Below are positions 26,431 through 38,400 of a DNA stretch of 64,000 nt, one piece after another (within the stretch, counting starts at the first letter, position 1; each line of letters begins with the position of its first letter). The position numbers and the translations under genes are program-made. The stretch is from Antechinus flavipes (lineage: Eukaryota). Location of the stretch: NCBI RefSeq assembly GCF_016432865.1, contig NC_067400.1:611878001-611942000 (forward strand), written 5' to 3'. The notes beneath the pieces were generated by a model. It was not told where the DNA came from and searched no databases. It saw only the letters and a list, made by a program, of their open reading frames with translations.

Positions 26431-27150
26431 ACTACTCCAAAAACAAACAAACAAAAAACCAACCTCAGGGAGAGGGAGAAAAATTTGGAACACAAAGTTT
26501 TGTAAAAGGTGAATGATGAAAACTAGCTTTGCATGTATTTGGAAAAAGAAAATATTATTAAAATAAATAAATAAATATATAAAACCAAATGGAGTAGTTG
26601 AAAATGACAACAATGATGATGGGAACCCTTTCCAGATAATTCTGGGCCTAACCCCCAAAATAATCCTGGATCCGTGAATCCAGGCTTCCTTTCTCCTCAG
26701 GAAGCATATTTTAACATAAAAATATAATTATTTTAGGACCACGGTTGAGGGCCAAGGATTTGGGGAACTGGGGGCAGTTCTCCCACTCCCCAGGTGTTCA
26801 GTATGCTCCCTCTTCCCACTCTGTAAATCTTCAGGCCTGCGAAGAAACCCTGTATAGGAGAATCAATCGATAAGCATTTATCAAACTCCCACTGTGTTTG
26901 GGAAACAAACTCTAGGCTTCAGAAACTGGCATCTGAAGGGACCTGGGGGAAAGGAGAAAACAACATGGATGCAGAATAAAGCGCAAAGAAAAAAGGGCCG
27001 AATACTTTAAATACAAGGCAGTTTGGGTCGATCAGAAACTGCTTCCCATAGATTGGATAATCTAGAGAAGGGAATAGCAAACAGTTCTTTGCCATAAAAA
27101 CCCCAAATGGGGCTTTTTGTTAAAGAAAAGAAGCATTTGTTAAGCACCTG

Positions 27151-27485
27151 NNNNNNNNNNNNNNNNNNNNNNNNNNNNNNNNNNNNNNNNNNNNNNNNNN
27201 NNNNNNNNNNNNNNNNNNNNNNNNNNNNNNNNNNNNNNNNNNNNNNNNNNNNNNNNNNNNNNNNNNNNNNNNNNNNNNNNNNNNNNNNNNNNNNNNNNNN
27301 NNNNNNNNNNNNNNNNNNNNNNNNNNNNNAGGAAGCAAGGAAGNNNNNNNNNNNNNNNNNNNNNNNNNNNNNNNNNNNNNNNNNNNNNNNNNNNNNNNNN
27401 NNNNNNNNNNNNNNNNNNNNNNNNNNNNNNNNNNNNNNNNNNNNNNNNNNNNNNNNNNNNNNNNNNNNNNNNNNNNNNNNNNNNN
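27151..27485. other. N runs (27151-27329 and 27344-27485)
   Basis: Other N runs at 29512-30041, 44187-44321 and 50317-50478, mostly abutting GA-type simple repeats. Confidence 0.95.
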
Positions 27486-27616
27486 CGGACTATCCCCTGG
27501 GCCACACGGTGACCCTGGTAGCTTTAGGGGATCCTCCCCTCGGTCCCACCAGAAACCTGCAATTGCATGCGCCCTGCACCCAGAAAAGAAGCCAGACTCT
27601 TAGCAAATGGGGTTGC

Positions 27617-27622
27617 TTTATT
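27617..27622 (-). terminator. SDHAF1 polyadenylation signal
   Basis: TTTATT on + (AATAAA on -), ~175 nt after the stop. Confidence 0.75.
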
Positions 27623-27795
27623 GGGGGCGGGGGGAGAACAGCTGCCCCAGAAGTGGGCTCAAGGGCCCGGGACCTCAGAGCAGACTGGGCTCCAGGGGGG
27701 CCCGGCCCACCAGTGAGCTCCAGCCCCGTAGGGGCCTCCGGGGCTCGGCCTCCTTTTCCGTGGGTGCCGCGGGGCGCGGGCGGGGGCAGGGCAGC

Positions 27796-28170
27796 CTAGC
27801 GCGGGAGCCCGGACGGGGCGGCCGGGGCAGCGTGCCCAGAGTCTGCGCGTGCGCCCTGACAGGTGGTCCTGTCTGGAGGGTCCGGGTCCGGGCGGGTCTC
27901 GGGGCTCCCCGGGCCGGGCTCGGGCGCGGGCTCCGGCGCGGGCACGAAGACGCCCACGCCCGTGGTGTGGCGGCCCCGCAGCTGCTCCAGCTGGCGCCGG
28001 CCGCGCCGGTAAAGGTACTCGATGCGCAGAACGTCGGTGCGCGGCAGGCGCGCCTGCTCCCGGAACTCGGCTCGGACCCTGGCCTCGGCGCCCGGCTTTC
28101 CCCGGGCGGCGCGCAGCAGCTCGCGGTACAGGCCGAGGACCTGCTTCTGCAGCCGGCTGTGCCGGCTCAT
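27796..28170 (-). CDS. SDHAF1: Succinate dehydrogenase complex assembly factor 1 (LYR protein), 124 aa
   Basis: [50 protein letters not shown]; LYR motif; single coding exon. Confidence 0.97.
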   Translation of the reverse strand: MSRHSRLQKQVLGLYRELLRAARGKPGAEARVRAEFREQARLPRTDVLRIEYLYRRGRRQLEQLRGRHTTGVGVFVPAPEPAPEPGPGSPETRPDPDPPDRTTCQGARADSGHAAPAAPSGLPR

Positions 28171-28214
28171 GGCCTGGCGTGGGGCAGCAAGCGCAGGACC
28201 GGCGGCCGGGGAGA

Positions 28215-28320
28215 CCGGGGTTCAAGTCCCGCCTCGGGCACTGGCTGGCGAGTCACGTCACTTCTCCGGGCCTCAGTTTCTTCATCTGGAAAATGGGGAC
28301 GATGGCGCCTGTACTCCCTC
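28215..28320 (+). mobile_element. GC-enriched MIR/CORE-SINE remnant in the putative SDHAF1 5'UTR intron
   Basis: GGTTCAAGTCCCGCCTC..GTCAC.TC..CTCCGGGCCTCAGTTTCTTCATCTGGAAAATGGGGA. Confidence 0.7.
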
Positions 28321-28414
28321 CCTCCCTCCCTCTCAGGCTAAGGAGGAAAGCGCTGTGCGAGCTTCCAGGTATCTCCTTCCTTCCCCCGGACGCCCGAGCC
28401 GGCCTGTCACTCAC

Positions 28415-28660
28415 CCAGGGGTCAGGGCTCCGGCCCTGCGGTCTCGGGCCCAAGCCGGGCCTGGGAGTCCCGAGGGGAAGGGCAGACAGTTTGTCCCGGA
28501 GTTCCAAAAGGATCTCTCGCCATGCTTCCGGACCTCCCGCCACCGATTGGTCGCCGGGGCCCGTGACGTCACAATGGGAGAAGCGTTCCTGTCTCTCCGC
28601 CTGTGTCCTTGACCAGTCCGGGGAGGAGAGGGGGCGGGGCGGGGGCGGGGCCGAGCCTCG
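28415..28660 (-). promoter_or_regulatory. SDHAF1 CpG-island promoter and probable non-coding first exon
   Basis: CCAAT 28546-28550, CRE palindrome GTGACGTCAC 28563-28572, tandem GC boxes 28631-28650, donor TGG|GTGAGT at 28415/28414. Confidence 0.7.
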
Positions 28661-29314
28661 GGACGTCGGGGTTGCGGAGGGGCGAGCGTTTGGCCCGGCT
28701 TAGAGCCGGCTGGGGGGGTGGGGGAGCGGTGCTGGGTGACCCAGGCAGCCACGGGGCGGTCGCTTGCAGGCGAGCTCGGGGTTCTCCGCGTGACCCCAGA
28801 GCTTTGGGGTGGGAGCTTTGGTCAGCTGGGCCGCATTTCCTGCTCAGTCTGAGGTCAGGAAAACCCCAACGCGAAATAAGAGGAAGTCGGGGGTTCCCTC
28901 CCCGGCGGCCGTGCAGTAAAGTTGGCTGACCATTTATTTGTCTGCTACAAAGTGGGGAGGAGGGGCTGGATCAAGGAAGGGCCTTTCCACACCTGAACTT
29001 TGGGGATTCTGTGACTGGGTCCTTAGGACCTTAGTGGGGGAGGGGTGTTGAGGGCCGGGAGGACTGGACCCTCGGCCCGATGATGGGCGGGGCCATGAGG
29101 GGAGGGGGAGACAGAAGGCTGGGCCTCCTTGGGAAGCATAGAACGGGCCAATGTGGGGGGAGATGCTGGGCCGGAGGGGCTGTAGCACTGGGGTCCCAGA
29201 GGGGTAGGGGGCGGGGAGCCCCAACTCTCCAAGGAGAGAGCAGTGTGTGAACCATAAGGCAGGGGGAGAAAGTACGCTTGGGAGGCCACAAATGCTTCAA
29301 TTTGCCAAAACCCA

Positions 29315-29320
29315 TTTATT
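29315..29320 (-). terminator. FCGBP-like gene polyadenylation signal
   Basis: AATAAA on -, ~95 nt after the stop; a second one at 28933-28938. Confidence 0.7.
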
Positions 29321-29415
29321 GATGACTTCAGCAGAGGCAGACAGTAGTACCCTGGTCAGAGGTGCCCGGCCTCTGGGAGTGGGGCTGACCACAGACCCGA
29401 GCGGCTCCATTGTTA

Positions 29416-29467
29416 TCAAGTGGAAAAATAGTCCTCGTGGTGGACAGGAGGGGGCGTCTTCTTCATG
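29416..29467 (-). CDS. FCGBP-like last coding exon
   Basis: Acceptor ctctgccatag; TG|C gives Cys, then [16 protein letters not shown]; poly(A) signal follows. Confidence 0.7.
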
Positions 29468-32400
29468 CTATGGCAGAGAGACAGAGATGGACAGACAGAG
29501 ACAGAAACAGANNNNNNNNNNNNNNNNNNNNNNNNNNNNNNNNNNNNNNNNNNNNNNNNNNNNNNNNNNNNNNNNNNNNNNNNNNNNNNNNNNNNNNNNN
29601 NNNNNNNNNNNNNNNNNNNNNNNNNNNNNNNNNNNNNNNNNNNNNNNNNNNNNNNNNNNNNNNNNNNNNNNNNNNNNNNNNNNNNNNNNNNNNNNNNNNN
29701 NNNNNNNNNNNNNNNNNNNNNNNNNNNNNNNNNNNNNNNNNNNNNNNNNNNNNNNNNNNNNNNNNNNNNNNNNNNNNNNNNNNNNNNNNNNNNNNNNNNN
29801 NNNNNNNNNNNNNNNNNNNNNNNNNNNNNNNNNNNNNNNNNNNNNNNNNNNNNNNNNNNNNNNNNNNNNNNNNNNNNNNNNNNNNNNNNNNNNNNNNNNN
29901 NNNNNNNNNNNNNNNNNNNNNNNNNNNNNNNNNNNNNNNNNNNNNNNNNNNNNNNNNNNNNNNNNNNNNNNNNNNNNNNNNNNNNNNNNNNNNNNNNNNN
30001 NNNNNNNNNNNNNNNNNNNNNNNNNNNNNNNNNNNNNNNNNGAAACAGAGACACAGTCAGAGAGACAGAGAGAGACACAGGGTCAGAGAGAGACAGAGAC
30101 AGAGACAGACAGATAGAGATAGAAACAGATAGACAGAGACACAGAATCAGAGAGAGAAAGAAAGACAGAGAGACACAGAGAGAAGGTAGGGTTAGTGGGA
30201 CGCGTGGGGGGCTAGATCATCTGCCGATCTGTTTGTCTGGGTCCTGGGAAGGGCCTTCTATATGGGAAGGGCCTCAGACATTGGACTCGGGGAGGGAGTC
30301 AGAAAAGAGAGAGAAAATTGGGGGATTAATTCCCTGGTAGGGAGATTATGGAGCTGGGGTCCCAAAAAGGGTTGGGCTAAAGGTATGGACATGTGGGAGG
30401 GTGAGATCTCCCTGGAGGGGAGATTATGCTCCTCACCATTGACTGAAGGTTTGAGCTTGACAGGACCGGAAGACGTCGTCCAGGCTAGTAGCAGGAAGCC
30501 CGCCCCTCAGGCGAAGGTCATCTCGGGGGTCCCCGTTGAAGTCACCACAGGCGGCTTGCAGCTGCCCACCCAGGGCTCGGGCAGCCCTCAGGGCCACGGC
30601 ACCTTTTGGCCCCACCAGCACCCGGAGAAGGGGCGGTCTCTCCACTAGGACCTTACCTGGCCCAGCCCAGCGGACCCTGACCCCTTTACAGACCTTCGCT
30701 GGGAGCTGGGCCCTGTGCCCGTTCACCTTCAGAGGAGAAAAGGAAGCTAAGGGGGCTGGCCGAGGAGGGGCCAGAATGCAGGTTCCTTGGGGGTAGGGGA
30801 AGATCGTGAGATAGGACAAAATCACAGGCCAGCTCTTCCCAGCTTTTATGCGGCCATTTGAAGTAGTGGACGTGGCCCATCGAGGTCTAGAAGAAGCACG
30901 ACTCATTGAGGGGTCGGTGACTTACCCAGACCTCCCTGTTGGGCCCCACAGCCACACAGCCGTCCTGGAAGCGGGTGGTGACCCATGCCTCTGGGGCGGG
31001 ACAGGCTGAGCAGGGCAGGTATTCTGTGACCACGTGGAACCAGGCAGGATCCTGGGGCTTGGCCCCGGTTAAGATGGTCAGCTCGTAGGCGCCCGGGGAG
31101 GCAAGGACAGGGACTCTGCCTTGGAAGCCGTCAAAGGTGGTAAAGAGGCCTCCGGGCACCAGGCGACAGGTGGCACTGCCCTTGCCCAGAGGCCCCCTGC
31201 AGCGGCGGACCCCCCGGTCCAGGACGCAGTCCAGGCCTTGGGGACACTGGAACGGCTGGCACCTTAGGTGACCCCCCGCTTGGCAGACGCAGCGTTCCCT
31301 GCAGCCTGGGAGGAGCAGCGTCTCACTCACCTGTGGGGAGGGCGCCGAGTCAGCCCGGGCCCTCCCTCTCCGATGACCCACTCACTCCTGCGGGGCAGCT
31401 GTTTCAAGACTCCCTTCTTTTCAGGGGCCCCACCTGTCTCTTAAAAGACCTGCGTTTGGAGATTTAGCCCAAATTCCCAAGGTTTAGAGCCTTGGATGGG
31501 GAGGGCTCATAAATCTAGTCCATTTTGCAGATGAACAAAGTGAGGCTGGAGGAAATTAAGTTATTTTATCAAGGTCACACAGGTAATAAGTGAACTTTTC
31601 TACCCTATCCTTGATTATCTCATTTACAAAATGGAGAATGATCCTTGTAATTTGAGGAAGGTGTTAGGAAGCCTTAGAAGGAAAACCTTAGAAGCCTATA
31701 ATCCCTGCTCTCTGGGGCAAATTACTTCTTTCTGCCTCAGTTTCCTCAAGTGCCAAGTGAGGATAATAGCACCTATCTCCCAGAGTAATTATGATGATCA
31801 ATTAAGGTTAAGCTCTTAGCACAATGCTTTGTATGTAGCAGACCATTCCCTTCTCAGGACCTTCCAGCTCTCCCTTGCCAATGTGTGCCTAAAACATGGG
31901 AGGTTTTCCACCTCCCAACAAGCCATCTTTTGTTATATAGGAAGGCTAATACATCTAGAGCCTGACTCTTTAGTTCCATCACAATTTGGTTTCTACCCTA
32001 ATCACCACCTGAAATGTCTCACTTTTTCATTTTTTTGGTGAATTGGGGTTATCTAAGTTTACACAGCTAGTAAGTGGTGTCAGAGGCTGAATTTGAACTC
32101 AGGTCCTCCCAACTGCTTTATCTACTGCCTCAATAATTGGAAAATTAATTGGTCCTTTTTCTTAAAAAAAGGTTCTATTGATAACATTTGTTTTTATCTA
32201 GGGGGTTATTTCCATCTCTCATTTAAGGAGCCCCTCTCTCATGACAAAGGAAAACAGGACTCACCAAAGCTGATGATGCTCCTGTAGTGAAAGGGAGGAG
32301 CTGCATCCTTCCTTTCCTCTGCCCCTAAATCACCCAGCTTGGTTTGGGATCATTTTTTGGCCTAGCCATCTCTCTCCCTTCTGGACCAGCCCGAGACATT

Positions 32401-35400
32401 GGAGCTCAGAAACCTGTTCATCAGCCACGTGGTTCCCAGGTCTTTGCCATCCCCAAAAGTGGATGCTCGGGATAATTCCAGCAGTCTCCGCTCCCAAACC
32501 TTGGGACACTGCTCCCACTTTGACCACACTGTGTTCCTGCCTCTTCCAGCATCACAGATGCCCCATGCACCTGATTCTCCTCCCTTTATAATCATTCCTC
32601 CGCCATTGTCTTCTCAGGCTTCCAGACCATTAATGGGGGTTTCCCCAAGTCTCTGTTATTTTTTCCCATAGGGACCCTAATTAGAGACCCATCAGGCCAA
32701 TTTTACAAATAAGGAAACCGAGTCCCAGGGAGGGGAAGTCTATTTCATAGACAACAAAGGTGTTTCTTCTATACCATTTTTAGATTTATGTCTGTCTGGG
32801 TTTAGGTCTTTTTTCCCTCCACACTCCCCACAATCTACAACTGGGGTCCTCAAACTACGGCCTGTGAGCCAGATGCGGCAGCTGAGAGCAATTACCCCCT
32901 CACCCAGGGCTATGAAGTTTATTTAAAGGCCCACAAAACAAAGTTTTTGTTTTTACTATAGTCTGGTCCTCCAACAGTCTGAGGGACAGTGAACTGGCCC
33001 CCTATTTAAAAAGTTTGAGGACCCCTGACTAGAAGCACACACCTAGATTGAAAAGATGGAGGCTATCTAGTCCGATTCCCCCTTCTTACACATTCAGCCT
33101 CCATTCTCCAACTCCCTGGATGGTTCTCAAAGCAATATCTTCAGCCCTGACCTCTCCTGTCCACCAGTCTGGCTTCATTAACTGCCTGTAAAACTCAGGC
33201 TCCGAGTGTCCCAAACCTAGATTATTATCCTTTTATTAGTTATCCAGGCTGCTCTTGGCTGCAGAACTGCCTCAGTGTACACATCCTAAAAGCACACGGG
33301 GGCTTGCCTGCACACACACGCGCCAGCCACCTTCCCCAGGGATTGGGGAACGGGTAAAAATAAGGGGCAATCCCCCCAATCGAGGAATGACTGATTAATC
33401 AAATGGGGTACACGATGTAATGGAATCTTAATATGCCTTAAGAAAGGAAGGATTCCCGAGAGAGAGAGCCTGGCAGAGGGAAAGAAACCGTATGTGAGAA
33501 GACAGCGATTGTATAAATGTAAAGAACAATAGCAAATAAAGGCTGAAATTGAATGCTCGGTAATTGTAGAGAGCAAGATGTGTGGGCTCCCTTGGAATAT
33601 GTGCCTCCCTTCATTTGGCAGGTCTGGGGTTGTAGGTGTGGAACGTCACATTATTGGATTCACTTGATCTATTGGTAGGCAGGTGAAAGTACTGGGATAA
33701 TAAAAAAAAAATCTATTTAACTTGCCAAAAAAATGAAAAAAAAATTTCATTATTGGATTTTTTTTTTCTCTTTGAAGACAATTTTTTATTACAGAGGATA
33801 ATTCATTGGGCGGAGGAGAGGGTGGGAAAGATTCAGAAATGAAGGTGGGAAAAAAGATCAATAAGTTTTTTTTTTTAATTGTATATATTCTTAATGGGTG
33901 GGAAGAGGGAGAGAATCTAAAGCTCAACGTTTTAAAAACGTTAAAAGTTTCTGGGGAAAATATCAAATCAAATAAAAAAACAGCCTTCAGAACTCTCAAA
34001 TGAGGTCAGAACCAAATTAAAGTAGAATTGGGAAAGTTTAACAAAATAAAAATACAATACAAAAAAATTTGTATGTAATGATTACACATATATAACCTAG
34101 AAGGGGGAGAGTGAAGGGAGGAAGAAAAAGATTTGGAACTTCAAAATCTTATTTAAAAATGAATGTTGATTGTCAATAAAAAGCTATGATTAAAAAAATG
34201 AATATTGAAAACCATATTTACATGTAATTGGGAAAAATATTAACTTACCAAAAAATTGTATGTTAGATGAGAAATAAGAGATACTAAGTGAGCTCTTCTT
34301 GATCGCTAAGAGGCACAGTGGAAAGAGTTAGACTTACAGTCAGGAAAAACGAGTTCAAATCCATGTAGCTGTGAGGCCCTGGGACCAGCCACTTCTGTTT
34401 GCATAACACCTCCTACTTCACAGGGTTGTAGATCAGTCGAGATAAGATTTGTGCACAGTGCCTGGCACATTGTAGATGCTATATAAATGCTAAAATAGGA
34501 GCAGCTAGATGGCGCAATAGAACACCAGCCCTGAAGTCAGGAGGACCTGAGTTCAAATCCAACCTCAGACATTTAACACTTCCCAGCTGTGTGACCCTGG
34601 GCAAGTCACTTAACCCCAATTGCCTCAGCAAAAAATAAATATATAAATAAATGCTAAGTTGGATATGATAATTATTCAAATATCTTTGATGATATTTCCC
34701 AACCCTTCTCTGATGAACCTATCAATAAAAGAACAGCTAATTCGGAAGGACTGCCACGTAGTAGGTACTATATACAATGCTAAGCTACTAGAATTATTCA
34801 GTTATCTTTCTCCATCCCTTCCCTGATGAACAACAAAAGAACAGCTAATTCGGATGGAATACTTAAGATTTCTAAATATTTTCCTACATCATCTCAGTTG
34901 ACCCAACTGGTTTTTCAGGTGCGCTCCCCTGTGAGCAGCTTTTAACTTCTCCATCACTTTCTCGAGAAAGATGACGAAGGAGTTGATTGCTTCTTTATAT
35001 GACATCAACTGGTGCTGAAAGCTGTTGCCGCAGAGAGTTCTGGGGACTCTGAAGTCACCCGTCACTCTGAAGCAACACATTGTGTTCCTATGAAGTCCTC
35101 CCTTTCTCAATGGCTCCTCCAAATGGAGATGGCAAAGCCAGGCTGAGCACAGCCTGGGTCAGGGTGTCCATCAGCATTTGTTGTCTGCTAAGTGAGCCGG
35201 TAATTCTGTATCTCTATTCTGATTTCATCAATAGAGATCATGGATGAACATCCATAGCCATAAGTTCTTCACACAGAGCATTGTGGGAAGAGTTCTGGAG
35301 CTGGAGCCTCTGGATTCATATTAGTGCACAGTGATCTTGTGCAAGGTAGTTCATCTTTGGGGGATGAGGGACCTGGTCTAAAGGGTCCCTTCCAGCCTTA

Positions 35401-38400
35401 ATCTGTGGCCTCTGAGTGAGGGAGTGAATCTTTCCCCTCCATAGCTAAAAATACTCACTTCTGCGCCAGACCCCAAGTGACAGTATAGCCCAGCTTACCA
35501 GCCTCAATTGCATATTCCCTTTGAAAGAACCATCCCTTAAAAGAAAAAAGGCGTTTACAAGTCCCGCTTACTTCACTTTGCATTGGGGCCTGCAAGCATG
35601 CATTTGAAAATGATACCTCCCTACCATGCTCAAATTCACAGGGAAATAGGCCAGTGACCAGGATACAGCAAGTGCTTAATAAATGCTTGTTGATTAAGTG
35701 ATTGATAGCTTCCTAGTAAGTTCCCCCCCCTCACTTTCCCTATTAATCCATCCTTATTTTTGCATAAGCTAACTTCTTCACACAAAAATCTATGTCATTT
35801 CTCCCTAATGGGATAAAATCTATTGCTTTCCAAGTAAAATCCACATTCAAGGACTGACATGATCTGGGGCCATCTTAGTGTAAGATTCTGTGACAACAAC
35901 ACTGAAACGCTAAGGTCCAATGCATTCTGGTCCCTCACTCTTCCATCCCTGTATTTTGGGTTCCACTCTCTCTCCTAGTTTTGTGACTTCAGAATCATCG
36001 CAGAATTCTCTCTCCATCACTCCATGGCTGATCAATTCTAATTCCACAACATGTGTCCCACATGTGTCTTCTCTCCACCTCTATCGCTGCTTCATCACCC
36101 ATCACCTGGACATCGTAGTAGCCCCAGATGCATCTTTCTGTTCCCAATCTCTCCCTCCCCCCCCATCCAGCCTCCATATAGTTGCCAAAATAATCTTCCC
36201 GATGTGCAAATCTGATTTTGTCTCTAAGCTGCTCAGAAAGACTAGAGACTTCCTATTGCTTTGAGAAAAAATACAGATTCAGCCTGGCATTTAAAGCCTT
36301 CCACAGTCTGTCTCCCACCAGTCTTATTTGGAGAATTCTATTCTGCTCAAACTGGAACACCAGCCATTCTGAACTTAGGTCCAAGCCCTATCTGGGATCT
36401 ATTTTTTCCTGGTTGTCTTTCCAAATCCAAAATGATACTTGGCTCTGGGAAATTTTCAATCAATTGTTCCAGGGACCTTTCATCTGAAATGAACATATTT
36501 CCTTTCTTAGGATAAGAGAATGTAAGCTCCCTTGAGGACTCTTTTGTCTCAGCATTTAGCACAGTGCATAGTAGGTGCTTAATAATAAATACTGAAATGA
36601 ACATATTTCCTTTCTTAGGATAAGAGAATGTAAGCTCCCTTGAGGACTCTTGTCTCAGCATTTAGCACAGTGCATAGTAGGTGCTTAATAAATGTTTTTC
36701 TGATTGGGTTTGCCCCTCCTGACTTCATGCTCTATGTCAGGGACACTATTATTTGTTTAAACTCTTTAGAGGCAGTTACGTGGCACATTGGATAGAACAC
36801 TGGTATCTGGAGTCAGAAAGATAAGTTTAAATTTGACTCCTGCAATTTAATAATTGTGTGACCCTAAGCAAGTCACTTCACCATCTTCTGCTTCAGTTTC
36901 CGCAATTGTAAAATGGGGATAATAACATTTATTTCCCAAGTCTGCAGTGAGAACCAAAGTAGATCATAGTTGTAAAGTGTTTAGCATAGTGACTAGCACG
37001 TAGTAGGTGCAATTTATTAAAAATGCTTGCTTCCTTCCTTCCGTGGCTATAATCTCGGTTTGATTTTTTCATGAAATTATTGCCCTACAGCTAGAAGAGA
37101 CCTTAGAGATGACCTCATCCAACCACTTCATTTTACAAATGAGGAAAGTGAAGGCCGTTGTCCGAGCCACAAAAATTGTAGGAGTCAAGAGAAGGGAGTG
37201 GAACCTCAGAAGACCTCCGATTCCAGCATCAGTGTTCTTTCTCTGCACCGTTACCCATGTTTTCCTCTTCCTTTCCACTCATCTCCAAACAATCAGTTCT
37301 CCCACTTCTGTCTTCTCTTATATTTTCTACCTGTTCCCAGTGCCATCAGCCCTCTAGCCACTAGCAGAGCTGCAGGGTGAGTAGGGTACAGTAAGTACTT
37401 ACATTGACTGATTATAATTGACTGCCATTCAAAGTCTGACAATTCTGGTGCCATTGTACCTTGCCAGTCTGATTCTCCTTTCACATATTTTGAACAAACT
37501 GGACAGCTCCTTGGCCATTGAACATAAACCAACAGTGCCCTGAGAGCTTCTGCTTTTGTGCCTGTTCTCCCCTATACTTAGAGTAAGCTTTTCTCCTCCT
37601 CTCTTTCTATTAAATCCCTCCCCATGTTTTAAGCTCCACTGGTTCCCAGTAACGTATTTCATGAGCCCCCACCAGTGTATAATCATTAACAAACAGCTGC
37701 TAGAAAGACAACTTTTAACAAAGGCATTTTCAAAGACGATATAGTGAGAATAGCTGTCACAAAACATTTTCCTCTACAACTAGGATGCATTCTGTCACAA
37801 ATACAGCATCCATGGGAAGATTGAGCTTAAACTCAGAGTACAGAAGTATTGAGGCACAGGTATAGGAAACAGGTGAGACAAAAGACAGCTCACAACTACT
37901 AGTAATATCACAAGACCTAGAACGCCTTTTTTTTTCCTTTTCTTTTTTTTCCCCTGAAACATCCTCATTCAGATTTCCTGGGGCATACTGTCTGTGCTTG
38001 GTAGGCTACCCAGCTAGCCTCCCAGAGCCTGTGCCTTTCTTGAGTTCATTTTTCTGTGCTGTGAGGGAGTCATCCCCTGGATGACTATTTTCTATATCCA
38101 TATCTCTTCTCAGTTATACGTCTCAGTTTTTGGCTGAATGCACTGTTTCTTACTGGTCCAGTAGCTCTGATAACATGATCGATGTGAGGAGAAGGAACTT
38201 GCTCTCCTGGCATGGAGCACTCCTGGATCCTGGGATTTTTAGCCGTGTGTAAAATGTAATTGCTGAACTTCATCCAGATATTTAATGCCCTGAAAGGAAC
38301 GACTGAATTGTTTGCTCAGCCAATCTCTTCATCCACTCAAGAGGTTCTCACATCATAAAGAGATCATGGGGCACAGATCCATCTTGTTTATGTGTTAAAA

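Noticed and set aside
27107-30340. ORFs spanning N runs
   Set aside because: Artefacts of translating Ns; only SDHAF1 and the last FCGBP-like exon are supported here.
30433-30437. Protein ending at the in-frame TGA right after ..TFSQW
   Set aside because: TG|GTGAGG is a good phase-2 donor and a matching acceptor exon with poly(A) signal exists at 29467-29416, as in the FCGBP end. It remains a possible minor isoform.
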